A DNA stretch of 62,619 nt, filler included, from Vannella sp. (GCA_023345925.1; 7 parts of 7 records of this genome joined end to end with filler, not necessarily neighbours in it), one strand, 5' to 3'. Numbered from the whole stretch's first letter, positions 37,973 to 49,341 are shown. A program made the numbers and translations. Notes: generated by a model not told the origin, from the letters alone.

Positions 37973-39397
37973 ATGGACGAGGTGGCGGTCACGTGCTCGG
38001 CAGGTGATGTAGTCTGTGTGTGGCAATTGCGGTCTGGATCGGTGTTACAGAGCTTCAAGAACAACGTGTCGTCGGGGTTCTCACGTTGTGGGACGATGCA
38101 TGTTGTCTGTGCTCAGGATACGAAGCCGTACATCCATGCTTATACGTGGAACAAGGTGCGCGGAGGGTTTTCTCTGGGTCTGTGTGTGGGATATGGACTT
38201 ATGGTGTGGTAGGACTCTTTGGTGTGGAAGGCTCCCATTCTGGAGAAGCTGATCACCTTGAAGGGCAGTGAAGATGGACGATTCTGCTGCGGAGGAGGGG
38301 CGTCTGGTGTTCTCTACCTGTGGGACGCGTTTACGGGGACTCTCCTTGCTCAATGGCAATCCCACTTTAATGAGGTGTTGGCGATCAGCTTCCTGGGAGC
38401 AGGGAGTGAGATGATCATCAGCGGAGGGAAGGACTCGATGGTTCACTGTTGGATGCTGCAAAACTGTCTCAGGAAGGGAGAGGAGGTCACTCCTTTCCGT
38501 AGTTGGAGTGGACATGCTTTACCAGTAACTTCTCTACACTGTACGGGGTCACGAGTCGTCTCTTCAAGCCTTGATCACACCTGCAAGGTTTGGTCGATCA
38601 CATCAGACGAAGCTGTGAGCTCCACTGTGTTCCCCAGTGCTATCACATGCGTCGCTATGGATGAATCAGAGTCTGCAATCTATGCTGGAAGCAGGTAAGC
38701 CCCTCCTCCATCAAAAAAGAAGAGGATCTCATCTTGAGAGCCACGAATAGCGATGGAAAGATCTACGCAGTCGATATGATGCTGAGTGATACACGGCCAA
38801 GTGAACAGGTGTTCTTGGGACACACCAAACCAGTCACTTCGGTGTCCGTGTCCCTCGACGGATCGATCCTTCTCTCCACATCGTTGGACTCCTCCGTCAA
38901 GCTGTGGGATACTAAGAGCTACCAGCTTGTTCGAAACCTTTCCCACCATTCTAGTAGGAAGGACCGCTCTGCAAGGGAGCAAACTCTAACTTCTCCAAGG
39001 TCCGGTCACTTCCTCAAAGATCCTCCTGCTCCCTCGCTGTGTCTTCGAAGAGAACGTCGCCCGCTTGTATCAAGAACCTTTTTCCGCATTCAAGAAGTAT
39101 CCTGGACAGGCTGACTGTCACACAGTAGCTGTATCTTCGTCAACACTCCCCATTCGCTCCCAACAAGCCACTCTCTCCTCCCGTCCAACCGCTTCCACTT
39201 CCACTGTAAGCACCTTCTTCTTACTCCACACAAAGCTCACCACCATGAAGGCGAACAACAGCCGGGACGCGCAGGAGGAACTCCAAACGATGCAAGCCAA
39301 GGTCGTTGCCTTGGAAGACCAACTGGATCGGTGGAATACCGTCTCCAAGCAGCTCTTTAAGATGCAGGTAGAGTCTCTTCAAGGACAAGAAGCCTAA
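37973..39397 (+). CDS. WDR18: WD40 protein WDR18/Ipi3 (Rix1 complex)
   Basis: VWQLRSGSVLQSFK, GGASGVLYLWD..TGTLL, SWSGHALPVTSL, SSSLDHTCKVW, C-terminal coiled coil; several introns. Confidence 0.85.
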
Positions 39398-39523
39398 GCT
39401 GTTCTCTAAAGACAACTGTCTGCTCCAACAGCTTCTTGGGAAGGGAGAATGCTGATTGGGACTGAGGTGGAGGAGTTGAGGGAACATGAGGAGTTGCCAG
39501 GTGCTAGGACCTTCTGTATTCCT

Positions 39524-40616
39524 TTACTTGGCAGAGCTGAACTTCCAGTAGCCCAGACGGTAGAGAACAGGGACTCGCATGATGTCTTTGAACATTTGGA
39601 GGCTAGCGCTGATCACGGAAAGATGGGAGCCATCGATCTCAGCCCATTGAACGATCTTCTCACCGACGGGAATGGATCTACGCTGTGCAATGTACAAGAC
39701 CTCCACGTCAAAGGCCCAACGCTCGATGTGAAGGGAAAGGAAGATCTCCTGGGCAGCTTGGCGAGTGAACAACTTGAAGCCACACTGAGTGTCCTTAACA
39801 CCCTTCACACAGAGAGTGTCAACAAGAGAGGCGAAAACCAAGTGCGAGATGTTTCGGTACCACGGGCGCTGTCTCCCTGTCAGTCAAGAAGGGGCTAGTT
39901 CGGTCTCTTACTCTTTCTGATTCAGAGACTTCGTCGTGGTACTGAGCGCGAGAGCCGACTACCACAGCCTTACCATCTCGTTGGATATCTTGGATGCAGC
40001 TCTCCAACATCTTGAAATCAGAGAACCGAGTCGCTCCGTCAGCATCAGCCATGAGGACGTACTTTCCTCGAGCTACCAAGCAGCCCTGCGCGTCTCATGA
40101 ATCAGAAGGCCCAGGACACGTGTATCTGGACTCACACGACGCACTGCGCCACCCTTGCCGACGTTCTTCTTGAGTTTGTTGACGCGAATCAAGTCTGTGC
40201 CGAACTTCTTGACGTACTTCTCTTGCACGACCTCGACAGTCTTGTCTCGGCTACCATCATCAACGATTACGAGCTCCCATGTGAACTCGCGGTCGTCGGC
40301 TTGTCGGCCCATGAGGTAATCAATCGTTTCGTCCAACATCACGGAGATACGGGCTTCCTCATTGTATGCAGGGATAACTACAGATAAGTACTTGCTCTGA
40401 GGCTCAAGGATGTTGGCAAAGGGATGTGCCTTCTGGGTCTTTGGATCAACGAACTCGTAATCCTCCAACTGATACTCGCCCTCCCGATCCTTCAGAAGAA
40501 CAGCCGCTAAAACGAATCCACCAACAACCTACTCCCTCATTGAGCAAACCAGACAAGAACAAGCTCAATCAACCCACCCCAAGGAGCAGCGTCGTCGCCA
40601 CCAACCAGAAGAGCAT
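39524..40616 (-). CDS. ALG5: Dolichyl-phosphate beta-glucosyltransferase
   Basis: N-terminal TM; LSVVIPAYNEE, IVDDGSRD, GKGGAV, LMADADGAT, DTQCGFKLF, RWAFDVE; ATG lies 4 nt from the contig edge. Confidence 0.93.
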
Positions 40617-40620
40617 CTCA

Positions 40621-40720
40621 NNNNNNNNNNNNNNNNNNNNNNNNNNNNNNNNNNNNNNNNNNNNTTAATTAATTAANNNNNNNNNNNNNNNNNNNNNNNN
40701 NNNNNNNNNNNNNNNNNNNN
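40621..40720. other. Artificial contig spacer
   Basis: N44-TTAATTAATTAA-N44. Confidence 0.99.
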
Positions 40721-40953
40721 AGGATCATGTCGCGTCCACACTCAAACAAATCAGGACAGGGACCGCCAGAGGCGAACGGGGAGAAATTGGTGACAGGTAT
40801 AGTCAATACGTCGGGAACAAAAACAACAACAGCAAGCTGTCCGGTTCCCAACAGGAAATCGTCGAGAAGGAAGCTTCCTGCTGGTGCTCCTCCTCCTCCT
40901 CCTAGGACTTGCCCACACAAGAGAACGACCAGCAACACCGCCCACTGCATCAT
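40721..40953 (-). CDS. Secreted protein, 3'-partial
   Basis: Signal peptide MMQWAVLLVVLLCGQVLG then FLLDDF...CGRDMI; runs into the contig edge. Confidence 0.6.
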
Positions 40954-41007
40954 CGAGAGAAACCAGAAAGACTTCAGGTACGACCGAATCAAGGGGTATC
41001 CTGTTGG

Positions 41008-41062
41008 CCAATTCCAGCCAATCGGAGTGAGCGCGCCAATCACTCTCCATGATTCCCCCAAT
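41008..41062 (+). promoter_or_regulatory. Cluster of four CCAAT boxes in a divergent promoter
   Basis: CCAAT at 41008, 41018 (AGCCAATCGG, NF-Y consensus), 41036 and 41058, between head-to-head genes. Confidence 0.6.
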
Positions 41063-41167
41063 CACGATGAAATTGTATTTTAGAACGATTAACAAATCAG
41101 ATACAAAGTGATAGGGAAGGGAATTGAGCTGGAGCACCATTTCTATTGAGGCTGTGTTTGGTTGGTC

Positions 41168-41779
41168 ATGGCTCTCTCCAGACGAATTATCAAGGAGACT
41201 CAGCGCCTTATGAGTGAGACAGGTGAGATAGAGGTCGATGGATACCGGGGTAATCTGAAAAGGCCTGACTTCCCGGGACAGCGGCGGGCATCAGTGCGAC
41301 GCCTCATGAGGACAACCTGCGATATTTTGACGTCATCATCACCGGTCCTGACTCCTCACCTTATGAAGGTACGTTTACTTCGTGAAAGGCACCAGGAGGA
41401 GGGCTCAACTTCCTCTTCAGGTGGTATCTTCCGTCTGGAGCTATTCTTGCCGGAAGAGTACCCCATGTGCCCACCCAAGGTGCGGTTCTTGACAAAGATC
41501 TATCACCCCAATATCGACAAGCTAGGACGCATCTGTCTTGACATCCTCAAGACCAAGTGGAGCCCTGCCTTGCAGATCCGCACCGTCTTATTGAGTATCC
41601 AGGCTTTGCTGAGTGCCCCTAACCCTGAGGATCCTCTTGCTAATGACGTTGCCGATCACTGGAAGTCTAATGAACCCGGAGCCATCGAGACAGGTACCTT
41701 CCTTTCCTCCCTTTCTCCTCTCCTATCCCTTACATCCTCCACAGCGCGCCAATGGACTGTCAAGTACGCCATGGACTAG
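41168..41779 (+). CDS. UBE2N: Ubiquitin-conjugating enzyme E2 N (Ubc13)
   Basis: [57 protein letters not shown]; three introns. Confidence 0.96.
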   Translation: MALSRRIIKETQRLMSETGEIEVDGYRGNLKRPDFPGQRRASVRRLMRTTCDILTSSSPVLTPHLMKVRLLRERHQEEGSTSSSGGIFRLELFLPEEYPMCPPKVRFLTKIYHPNIDKLGRICLDILKTKWSPALQIRTVLLSIQALLSAPNPEDPLANDVADHWKSNEPGAIETGTFLSSLSPLLSLTSSTARQWTVKYAMD

Positions 41780-41860
41780 CTTAGAAGATGGCTCTCCCCC
41801 GTACCATAAAAGAAGCGGGCTGTGGCCTCTTGAGAACCTCATTTTCTTCTTTCAGCGGGG

Positions 41861-43031
41861 ATGGAGAAGTACTCTCAGTGGAGGGACCAGGAGACGGGCA
41901 TCCACCCGTTTATCCATCCAAAGGTCGGTAAAGGAACAAGGCTCATGCAAGGACTTGTTTCTTAGCTTGGGAGGTCCAGGCGAAGACGGGACAGTTCTTC
42001 CTTCGACCTCTGATCGGCTTCTTCGTGGCTGTGGCACGGTTCCTGCTCCTTTTGGCGATATTTCCGTTCTATTACACTACTGCTACTTTTTGGGAGATTG
42101 TAGGAGCCTCCACTCTCTTGTGGTGATCACTAACCTGGAAGAAGCTCCCTCTTCCAGCTCTCCTGAAGCGCCCCGTGATGCGTATCATTCATGGTGTTGG
42201 CTGTCGTATAGTGCTCTTCATCATGGGCTTCTGGAACATCTCTTCGTCGTACCAGCGATTGTCCCGAATGCACCCACTTCCAACTGTTTACCCTCCCGGC
42301 CTTAACGTCTCATCAGGCGATCTGATCATCGCAAACAAGCTCTCTTACATCGAGATACTTTATCTGGGATACAGGTGAGAGCAGACAGGTCCCACATAGG
42401 CTCAGAGACCTTATTCGGACCAGATTCGCTCCTGTTTTCACTGCCATTGGGTCTGACGGGGACTCTGTCAAGGTTGTTTCACTCTTCACTGCTCTTTCAG
42501 ACTCAATGAACCTCAGGTCTTCTTATGGGAAGGATTCGAGCTTCCAATCTGTCTCATCCCTCTTGAAGAAGGCCGGGGCCCATCGATGGGGACCTGTTGT
42601 GATCTTCCCCGAGGTAAGTTGACAGTCTACTTGAGCAAAGTCTCATAGATATTACCAAGGGGTCCAATTCCAATGGCAAAGGGCTTCTGGGGATGACAGC
42701 CGTCCTCAAAGAAGTGACAAATCCACCTCTTCGCACACACTTGATTGGTTTCAAGTTCACTTGGAACCATTTCTGCCCTACTTACACAGTAGGAAACCTG
42801 TTCTCTCATCTGTACAAGCTTTGCAGTCAGATCTCAAATAGCCTTTCCGTCCGCTACCTTTCCCCGAATGACGTTCCCCAAACGCAAGAACCTGAATGGG
42901 ACGAGCAAATCTATCAAGCATTGGCAAATCTCCTTCGCCAAAAGCGAACTGCGATCACCAGGGAGGAGAAAGTCGAGTTCCTGAATTACTGGGAGAAGGC
43001 GAGCCACAAGTCATACACCAAAACTCAATAG
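41861..43031 (+). CDS. Lysophospholipid acyltransferase, Vps66/Loa1-like
   Basis: N-terminus MEKYSQWRDQETGIHPF, TM segment, IIANKLSYIEILYL, PVVIFPEGSNSNG; several introns. Confidence 0.75.
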
Positions 43032-43049
43032 AAGTGAAGTCACTCTTGT

Positions 43050-46000
43050 CTATTGGTGGTGACCGTAAGTCATGGGATCCAGAGCAGATGGACGAGAGGC
43101 AAAGTTGGTGTTGGAAAAGAAGGTGAAACAATGGAGCTGTCCACAGAGTCCGGGAAGGTTGGACATTCGGCTGACGACCGAGTGGACAGGAGAGGCGCGG
43201 GTTGGTGTGAAGGGTTGCTGTTGGGCCACTGCTATCTCCAGGTCGTCATGCACTTGTTCTTTGCGTATCATAGACATGAAGCGCTTGGCTTGAGCAGAAT
43301 GCTGAATTTTCAGGTTGACAGAACAGTCGCTCTCTTCCAAAGGAGAGAAAAAGTTCTCTGAGAAGACCCTCAACAACAGCCTCTTCGTCAAACCCTCCCA
43401 GTCCCCTCTGATACTGCTGGTTACTCCAAATGGGCGCATGCTGTGTGTGTGTGGTACATACCGTGGCAAGTTGAAGTCCTCCCAGAAATCAACGATTTCC
43501 GATTCTGTTAGGAGAATGCGTTGGAAGATGTGCTCTTCGATGAATTCTTGAACCCTGCTCTGACACTGGCAAAGAGTTTGCTCGATTTCGTTTGGCCCCA
43601 GTCGGACTTGGTAAAGGTGAGATCCTATTCTGTCCTGAGGAAGAAGCTGCCGACGAGCTTCCAAGGAGTCAGAAAGGAAACGAGAATGAAAGTCGACGTT
43701 TTCACTTAATGCTTCGTTTGTGCATTGGAAGGTTCCGAAGCCTGATAGAACGTTCTCAATGAGGCGAGAAAAGATGTTCTGAGGTGCTTGGATCTTTGCC
43801 ATCATGGAAGTTTCAAAGCGAGTGAGCTCTTCCAGCTCCAACTCAAGTTGAAGGACAGCGAGGATCTCGTCCAAAGTGAGGTAGTAGTAATACTTAAAAG
43901 ACAACCCAGTTCCTGAGATACGGCGAGCCAGGAAGGAGTCAGCCTGCGGAATCCTGCCGCGACGCTTGACAATAAGATGGAAAAATATCCAATCGTAAAC
44001 GTATCCGAATGCCCCTGAAGAAGCCGAGAAGATAACACACAAGGGAGCAATAATGGGGAGGATGGCGAAAGCCATTCCTATGCTCCAGATCGCTTGAAGA
44101 ACAACACTGCACCCAAACTGGCCAATTAGGATTTGGACTAACGGAAGGTAGCGGAGCCACATTGAGCCTGCGTTATCAAAGTCATAGATAGCAATTCCAT
44201 ACAAAGTTTTGGCAGATGATAAAAGTGGTGCGGTGGCAATGGAACTGATCATTCTCAGCACATTCACCACGAGCGAGAGTACAACGGAAGTTGGCCTGAA
44301 TGTAGTCAAGAAGAAAGTGCCAATAATGAGCTTGAAACCATTCCAGGCAATGTTGAAGACACGGGAGAATCCTTTCCCAAAGAATCCAACATCAGGAATT
44401 CGTTCAAAGTCACTCCTAGACTTCTGAACGCTCTCCCAAAGAGCACGAAGGTTTGATCGTAAGGTTGGTACAAAGCTTGATGGAGTGACTTTGCCTGTTT
44501 TAGGGTCAACAACGCAATCAGTTGGGAAATGGTCCCGGTAGAAAAGAGACTTGTAAGAGTATTTTCCTCTTCGAAGGTTGTTTGTACATTGAACCCAGGT
44601 TCCTTGGAATGTGCAATACGTTCGTGCCAACCACAGGCGCCACCGCCAACCCCAGCAGTCAGAATTGACAGTCAGTACCCGCGCTGACTTCATGTAGTAC
44701 TCGCCATCGATGTTTTGAACAACACAAGGTCTCCACAAAGTAACAGGAAGGGGGAACGAGCGAGCAGGAACCTTCATGTTCTCTTCAATCCATTGGTGAG
44801 CAATCTTGCTCTCTGTGCGAACCCATTCTAAGTCTCTTTGGAGGAGGTAGAGCTCTTGCTGGAGCGGTTCATCCAAGCCAGGGTTCTGAAGAGAGTCCAC
44901 TTCAAGGCAAAGCCTCTGCACTTTCTGTAAAGCTCTCTCATACGCTCGGAGACGTACAAAATCATCCAAAGATTCAGTACTCTGGAGTGCCCAAGAGGAT
45001 CGAAGCCTCTGTTTAACAGTTTTCTCCAACCACGATTGCGAAAGGCCCCGAATGGTGTGCGATTTTTGCAACTGACGCCGGATAAGGTCTTCTAACTCAA
45101 GCTGTTCGTCTCTAATCTCGCTCTCAGCATCTTGGAAGAGGCGAGATGCTGCAAGACGAGCCCAGATGTGGTTGGCTATTCCTGGTCCCCCAACTCTTTC
45201 GAGTTCTACCGACTGCTGAAGAGCAATCAGCAGTCGATTGTAGTATTCCTTGGTGCAAGCTACCATCAGTAGTCTTTCTATCACTTCCTCCTCCGTCCCC
45301 GCTCCTTGTAGGTCTTGAAGCAGTTGTTGAGCGACCTCAAACTTATCAATACGCCAGACGTTGTTGACCTGGAGAACGACTTTCAAAGCCAAATCGATGA
45401 TCCCAAAGTAGCTCTGGTCATACAGACGCAGGTCAAGCTGAATGCTCTCTCCACGTGAGTTCATGGCGGACAAGACAGCTGAAAGAGGTGAGAGAGGAGG
45501 CAGTTTGGGGTTATCTTGTCTGGCCCTTTCATTTTCGGTGTACTCTCGCATCCACTGAGTGATTTGAGGAGCGAATTCACGAAACAGGAACTCCATACGC
45601 CTGTTCTCTGTCAGCTCACGGAGAGAAGTGAAATAGGAGCGTTCGGGAAGACCAATAAGCAATGCAAAGAGGTTCTTTCCGACCACTGGGATCTTCTCAA
45701 TACTGTCACGAAGTGTGCAAACGCCGTGACTGAAGAGCGTGGGTCGGATCTCAGCCAGGGCTGAGTACGCCATACACAAGCCTTTGCGGACTCGCAGCTC
45801 GTACTCTTCGTTCCCTGATGCCAAGAGGGCGCTGAGTTTCCACACGTGTTCCTTGTCAGGAAACCTTTGGCTGGCTACCGTGAAGGTCCCTGTGCGGCGG
45901 ATCTGTGCCAGTTGCTGTTGAGAAAGGGGGCGAGGCTGACCGTTTAGAACGCTCAGCTGGATAAGTTCGTCCATGTTCTCAGGAGCAGAGAAGAGAGTGG

Positions 46001-46283
46001 GTGAAGCAACTGGAGAGTCACTCAGTCGCTGCAGTTCGTCATGGAGAGAGAGCTCCTCATGGAGAAACATGGACTGGGGAAGTCGAGGAGGTTGTTCCCG
46101 CGACCGCAGCAGTACGTTGTCCGCCACCAAGTCTACCAAAGCCTGACGTGCACCAGTGCCATCCTCGCTCAAAACATCAATGCGCAGTGGCTCATATTCA
46201 ACTCCCTCTTCCTGGTACCACAAGCCAGAATCGGACATCAAGAAATGAATCTGTCCACAAAATTGTTCCAAAGCCCCATTCAT
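43050..46283 (-). CDS. Large uncharacterised membrane-associated protein
   Basis: Open frame of about 1078 codons including a probable stopless 54-nt intron (43408-43461); hydrophobic block after SRSDFERIPDVGFFGKGFSRVFNIAWN; GRIPQADSFLARRISG. Confidence 0.8.
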   Translation of the reverse strand: MNGALEQFCGQIHFLMSDSGLWYQEEGVEYEPLRIDVLSEDGTGARQALVDLVADNVLLRSREQPPRLPQSMFLHEELSLHDELQRLSDSPVASPTLFSAPENMDELIQLSVLNGQPRPLSQQQLAQIRRTGTFTVASQRFPDKEHVWKLSALLASGNEEYELRVRKGLCMAYSALAEIRPTLFSHGVCTLRDSIEKIPVVGKNLFALLIGLPERSYFTSLRELTENRRMEFLFREFAPQITQWMREYTENERARQDNPKLPPLSPLSAVLSAMNSRGESIQLDLRLYDQSYFGIIDLALKVVLQVNNVWRIDKFEVAQQLLQDLQGAGTEEEVIERLLMVACTKEYYNRLLIALQQSVELERVGGPGIANHIWARLAASRLFQDAESEIRDEQLELEDLIRRQLQKSHTIRGLSQSWLEKTVKQRLRSSWALQSTESLDDFVRLRAYERALQKVQRLCLEVDSLQNPGLDEPLQQELYLLQRDLEWVRTESKIAHQWIEENMKVPARSFPLPVTLWRPCVVQNIDGEYYMKSARVLTVNSDCWGWRWRLWLARTYCTFQGTWVQCTNNLRRGKYSYKSLFYRDHFPTDCVVDPKTGKVTPSSFVPTLRSNLRALWESVQKSRSDFERIPDVGFFGKGFSRVFNIAWNGFKLIIGTFFLTTFRPTSVVLSLVVNVLRMISSIATAPLLSSAKTLYGIAIYDFDNAGSMWLRYLPLVQILIGQFGCSVVLQAIWSIGMAFAILPIIAPLCVIFSASSGAFGYVYDWIFFHLIVKRRGRIPQADSFLARRISGTGLSFKYYYYLTLDEILAVLQLELELEELTRFETSMMAKIQAPQNIFSRLIENVLSGFGTFQCTNEALSENVDFHSRFLSDSLEARRQLLPQDRIGSHLYQVRLGPNEIEQTLCQCQSRVQEFIEEHIFQRILLTESEIVDFWEDFNLPRYVPHTHSMRPFGVTSSIRGDWEGLTKRLLLRVFSENFFSPLEESDCSVNLKIQHSAQAKRFMSMIRKEQVHDDLEIAVAQQQPFTPTRASPVHSVVSRMSNLPGLCGQLHCFTFFSNTNFASRPSALDPMTYGHHQ

Positions 46284-46549
46284 CAAAAGACGTTGAATTT
46301 ACATTTCACTTCATTCTCTCAAACATGGATTTTCTTTGTCGCAGTTTACTCAATAGATCAAAGATGTAAGTCGTCAATCAACTCCAATCATTCAATGAGA
46401 CCTCAGAAAAAGGAACTGAGGAATTCCCGTCTTTCAGATAAAATTGGTAGACCAGTAAAACAAATGGTCTTGTTCGTGCATTGGAATAAAAAAAGAAAAC
46501 AAATGAGAAAGGAAATGGCTGTTGAGAGGAGATTGGTGACCAAAGCAGG

Positions 46550-46560
46550 TTCCCGCCAAA
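46550..46560. promoter_or_regulatory. E2F-type site upstream of the Wee1-like kinase
   Basis: TTCCCGCCAAA (reverse TTTGGCGGGAA) about 60 nt before the ATG, with CCAAT/ATTGG boxes at 46384, 46443, 46480 and 46532. Confidence 0.55.
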
Positions 46561-46620
46561 AGCGTGCCCGTTGCTGCTCGGCTTAAGTTTGTCACTCTTC
46601 TCTTCCCTTCACTGGAAGCC

Positions 46621-47305
46621 ATGCTCACGATGGATCTGTCTTCCTCCTCTGAGCATACAGATGATACAGACGTAATGACAGATGAGGCGGATACCTCCTT
46701 TGATGGACTGCCGATGCCTTTTCCGTATCCATCCAGTCCCTCCTCCTTTTCGTCGTTCGACTTCCCAACTCCTGTTCTTCCTGCTCAATCACCATACTTC
46801 AATACTCCAGTGGTGCCCTCCCCAGGAAAGAGTCCTTTCCCCTCGTCTCCCTTCCCCACCAACCTGCCAACCCCTCAGTTTTCCCCCTTCCAAGGTACAC
46901 CAACCTTCGCCTCTCCCCTCCCTGTATTCCCCACGCCTCTTCCCCGTCCTTTCTCTCCTACCACGCCCGAGAACCGACACGTCCGCATGGTCGTACCAAC
47001 GCCAGACTTTTCCATCCTCAAGAAGTCCGGCCTTTCCCAACGCAAGCTGACACGGACAGCATCTCGCAACATCCTACCAGAGACTCCCATGAAGGTTAAG
47101 GCCCATCCAAGTCGGTTAGGCGGGATGCACACTCCGGTCCGGTCATCCTTACCTGCTTTACACACCTCAGATCACTTCTCTCACTCTCTTACTCCCAGAG
47201 TAAGCGATCACCAGGCCGAGACGCACTTGGATACGTTCGAATCCATCGAAAAGATCGGCGAGGGCTCCTTCAGTAACGTTTTCAAGGCCATGAGCCGCTC
47301 TGATG
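46621..47305 (+). CDS. Wee1/Myt1-like protein kinase, 3'-partial
   Basis: SP/TP-rich N-terminus with PETPMK, then kinase start FESIEKIGEGSFSNVFKAMSRSD at the contig edge. Confidence 0.65.
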
Positions 47306-47405
47306 NNNNNNNNNNNNNNNNNNNNNNNNNNNNNNNNNNNNNNNNNNNNTTAATTAATTAANNNNNNNNNNNNNNNNNNNNNNNNNNNNNNNNNNNNNNN
47401 NNNNN
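47306..47405. other. Artificial contig spacer
   Basis: N44-TTAATTAATTAA-N44. Confidence 0.99.
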
Positions 47406-47717
47406 TCGAGGAGAACCAGGATTGGTGAATCAGAACTAAAACCCTTTCTGACTTGGGCAGCAAGCTACTTCGTTCTTCAACTGAATGGTAAATTTGGCCA
47501 AATTACAATGAAAACGAGGGCCACGATCCAAATTCGGACTTAATGTGGTTCAATTCACCTTTTGGAAAGAGGTGAGTAAGGTTCCGCTAATTTGGTCGAA
47601 CGATTGACAATGATGCGTTGTTGAAGAGTATTACTCGATTGTATTCAGAAGCATATTTGTTGTAGTTGTCCATGGACTGTAGCAGGATGACCGGGACGGG
47701 ACTACCGCCAATATCCT

Positions 47718-47788
47718 GAAGAGATGGAGGTCATCAGGGCAAGCTACGGAAACACGAGTTCTGCCCTCTTCCCCTTCACTGGTGGATT
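47718..47788 (+). repeat. Dispersed repeat A, copy 1
   Basis: 31 identical bp GAAGAGATGGAGGTCATCAGGGCAAGCTACG shared with 62539-62569; similarity continues to CCCCTTCACT.GTGGATT. Confidence 0.9.
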
Positions 47789-47825
47789 TTCTACAAGTAA
47801 TTGTCTCAAAAAAAGACCCCCTAGA

Positions 47826-47899
47826 GCTGGCCTCATTGAAAAGTACCTCTAAATTCGACAGATCAACTTTATATATGTTTTTCAGAGGGCCACTTTTCC
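47826..47899. repeat. Dispersed repeat B, copy 1 (blocks X and Y)
   Basis: Y (47872-47899) matches 55890-55917 at 24/28; X (47826-47858) resembles the reverse complement of 55993-56025. Confidence 0.65.
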
Positions 47900-47900
47900 A

Positions 47901-49341
47901 TTAAACTTTTGGAGCAAGGCCATCCAACAATGCACATCGATGAAGAATCAGCAATTCGACGACACTATTAGCGTGGACCAGCTCCATCAGATCGGTTGGG
48001 TTTTGCTCTCGTCGGAGCAAGTTGGGTCCCAAAACTGTACTTAGGTTCTTGGGATTCATCAGATTGGTATCTTGATGCTCAATCACTTCGTTCACGAATT
48101 GGAGGAGAGCCCGCAAGGCCCGCACATTCTCTGGGGGAAGGCGAACGAGAATGCGTTGAGTCTTGCCAATCCAAACTTCTGGTTCTGCGGCGGTGAAGAG
48201 CTCTGCGCGCAATTGAGACTTGCAAGAGAGAAATAAAGTAATTTACACTCACTTTGATACTCAAAGAAGATATCCATGTACTCGTCCGGCACTAAGGAGC
48301 TTTGGAGACTCCCCAGGAATCGTTTGAAAAGGACTGCAACAGTGTGAGGGTCTTGGATGGATTTAAGCACCACTGACTCCCCTACACTCAGAACGTTAGT
48401 GATGAAGGCTCACTGGAAGAGAAAAGGCCAAACCTCGGTTATAGCGTTGGGTTAATTCCTTGATGAGAGTATCTTCCCCAGACTGACGAAAGAGGCCTTG
48501 AACGTGCAAGTGAGGTTTCAGGTAGTCCATAGCGTCTATCATCACTCGTGGCAGTCCATCAGGGTTATCTTCAATTCGTAAAACCTCCTTTAAAGAAGGC
48601 GCGCCAAAGATTGGTGGGATGGGGAAGCTCAGATAGTTGTGTTGGATAACGTAGTTAGGCAACTGCACTTGCCGTGGGTCAAAGAAAGCCCTCATCGCAG
48701 CAATGTCCTCCACAAAAGTGATTTTCCGGCTAAACTTGGAACTGACTAGGCGCAACATCACTTTCAGAGTGGCACGCAAAACGAAGCCGGCGTGGACCAC
48801 AAAGAGTGCTTCGAGGTTTTTCTTATACCTTTGCTTCAATTCAGTATCGCGGGAAGGCCAAAGGTCCTGCCAACAGCGAGACTTACTTGCGGGTGAATGT
48901 TGAATAGGTTTTACTCAACCACTCGATGGGAGGGCGGTTGGCAGAAGTGGCTATCGTTCCAAGGAAGACTAAGATGTACTTTTCGTCGACGATAGGGTCC
49001 ATCACGTGGACAACATAGAGGAGGAGGAGTTGGAGGTCGATTTGGGTCAGGTCCAGGCGAGCAGCACACAGGGTGATGATGGGGCGCCCCTCAAAGTCTT
49101 TCCCACACACCCGTAAGATACCCATGTTCTCTAAGAGCGAGTAGTCCTGCCCATTGGACATGTCCTTCAGCTCCTGATAACGTTGCTCCGCCTCAAGTTC
49201 ATAAGGAGACGTTACCGCTGTGTTTGCACTCGACTGCTGCTCCTCCGAGGAGGTTGGTTCGTTGAAATCGTCCTCAGGTAAAGCGGGAGGCAACGGAGCG
49301 TCCGCGCTCCACATCACTACGCGCTCCTCCCCGCCCTCCAT
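47901..49341 (-). CDS. BCH/CRAL-TRIO plus RhoGAP protein (ARHGAP1/p50RhoGAP-like)
   Basis: GKDFEGRPII, RKYKKNLEALFVVH-type BCH segment, GLFRQSG arginine finger, DPHTVAVLFKRFL, NLMNPKNLSTVLGPNL. Confidence 0.9.
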
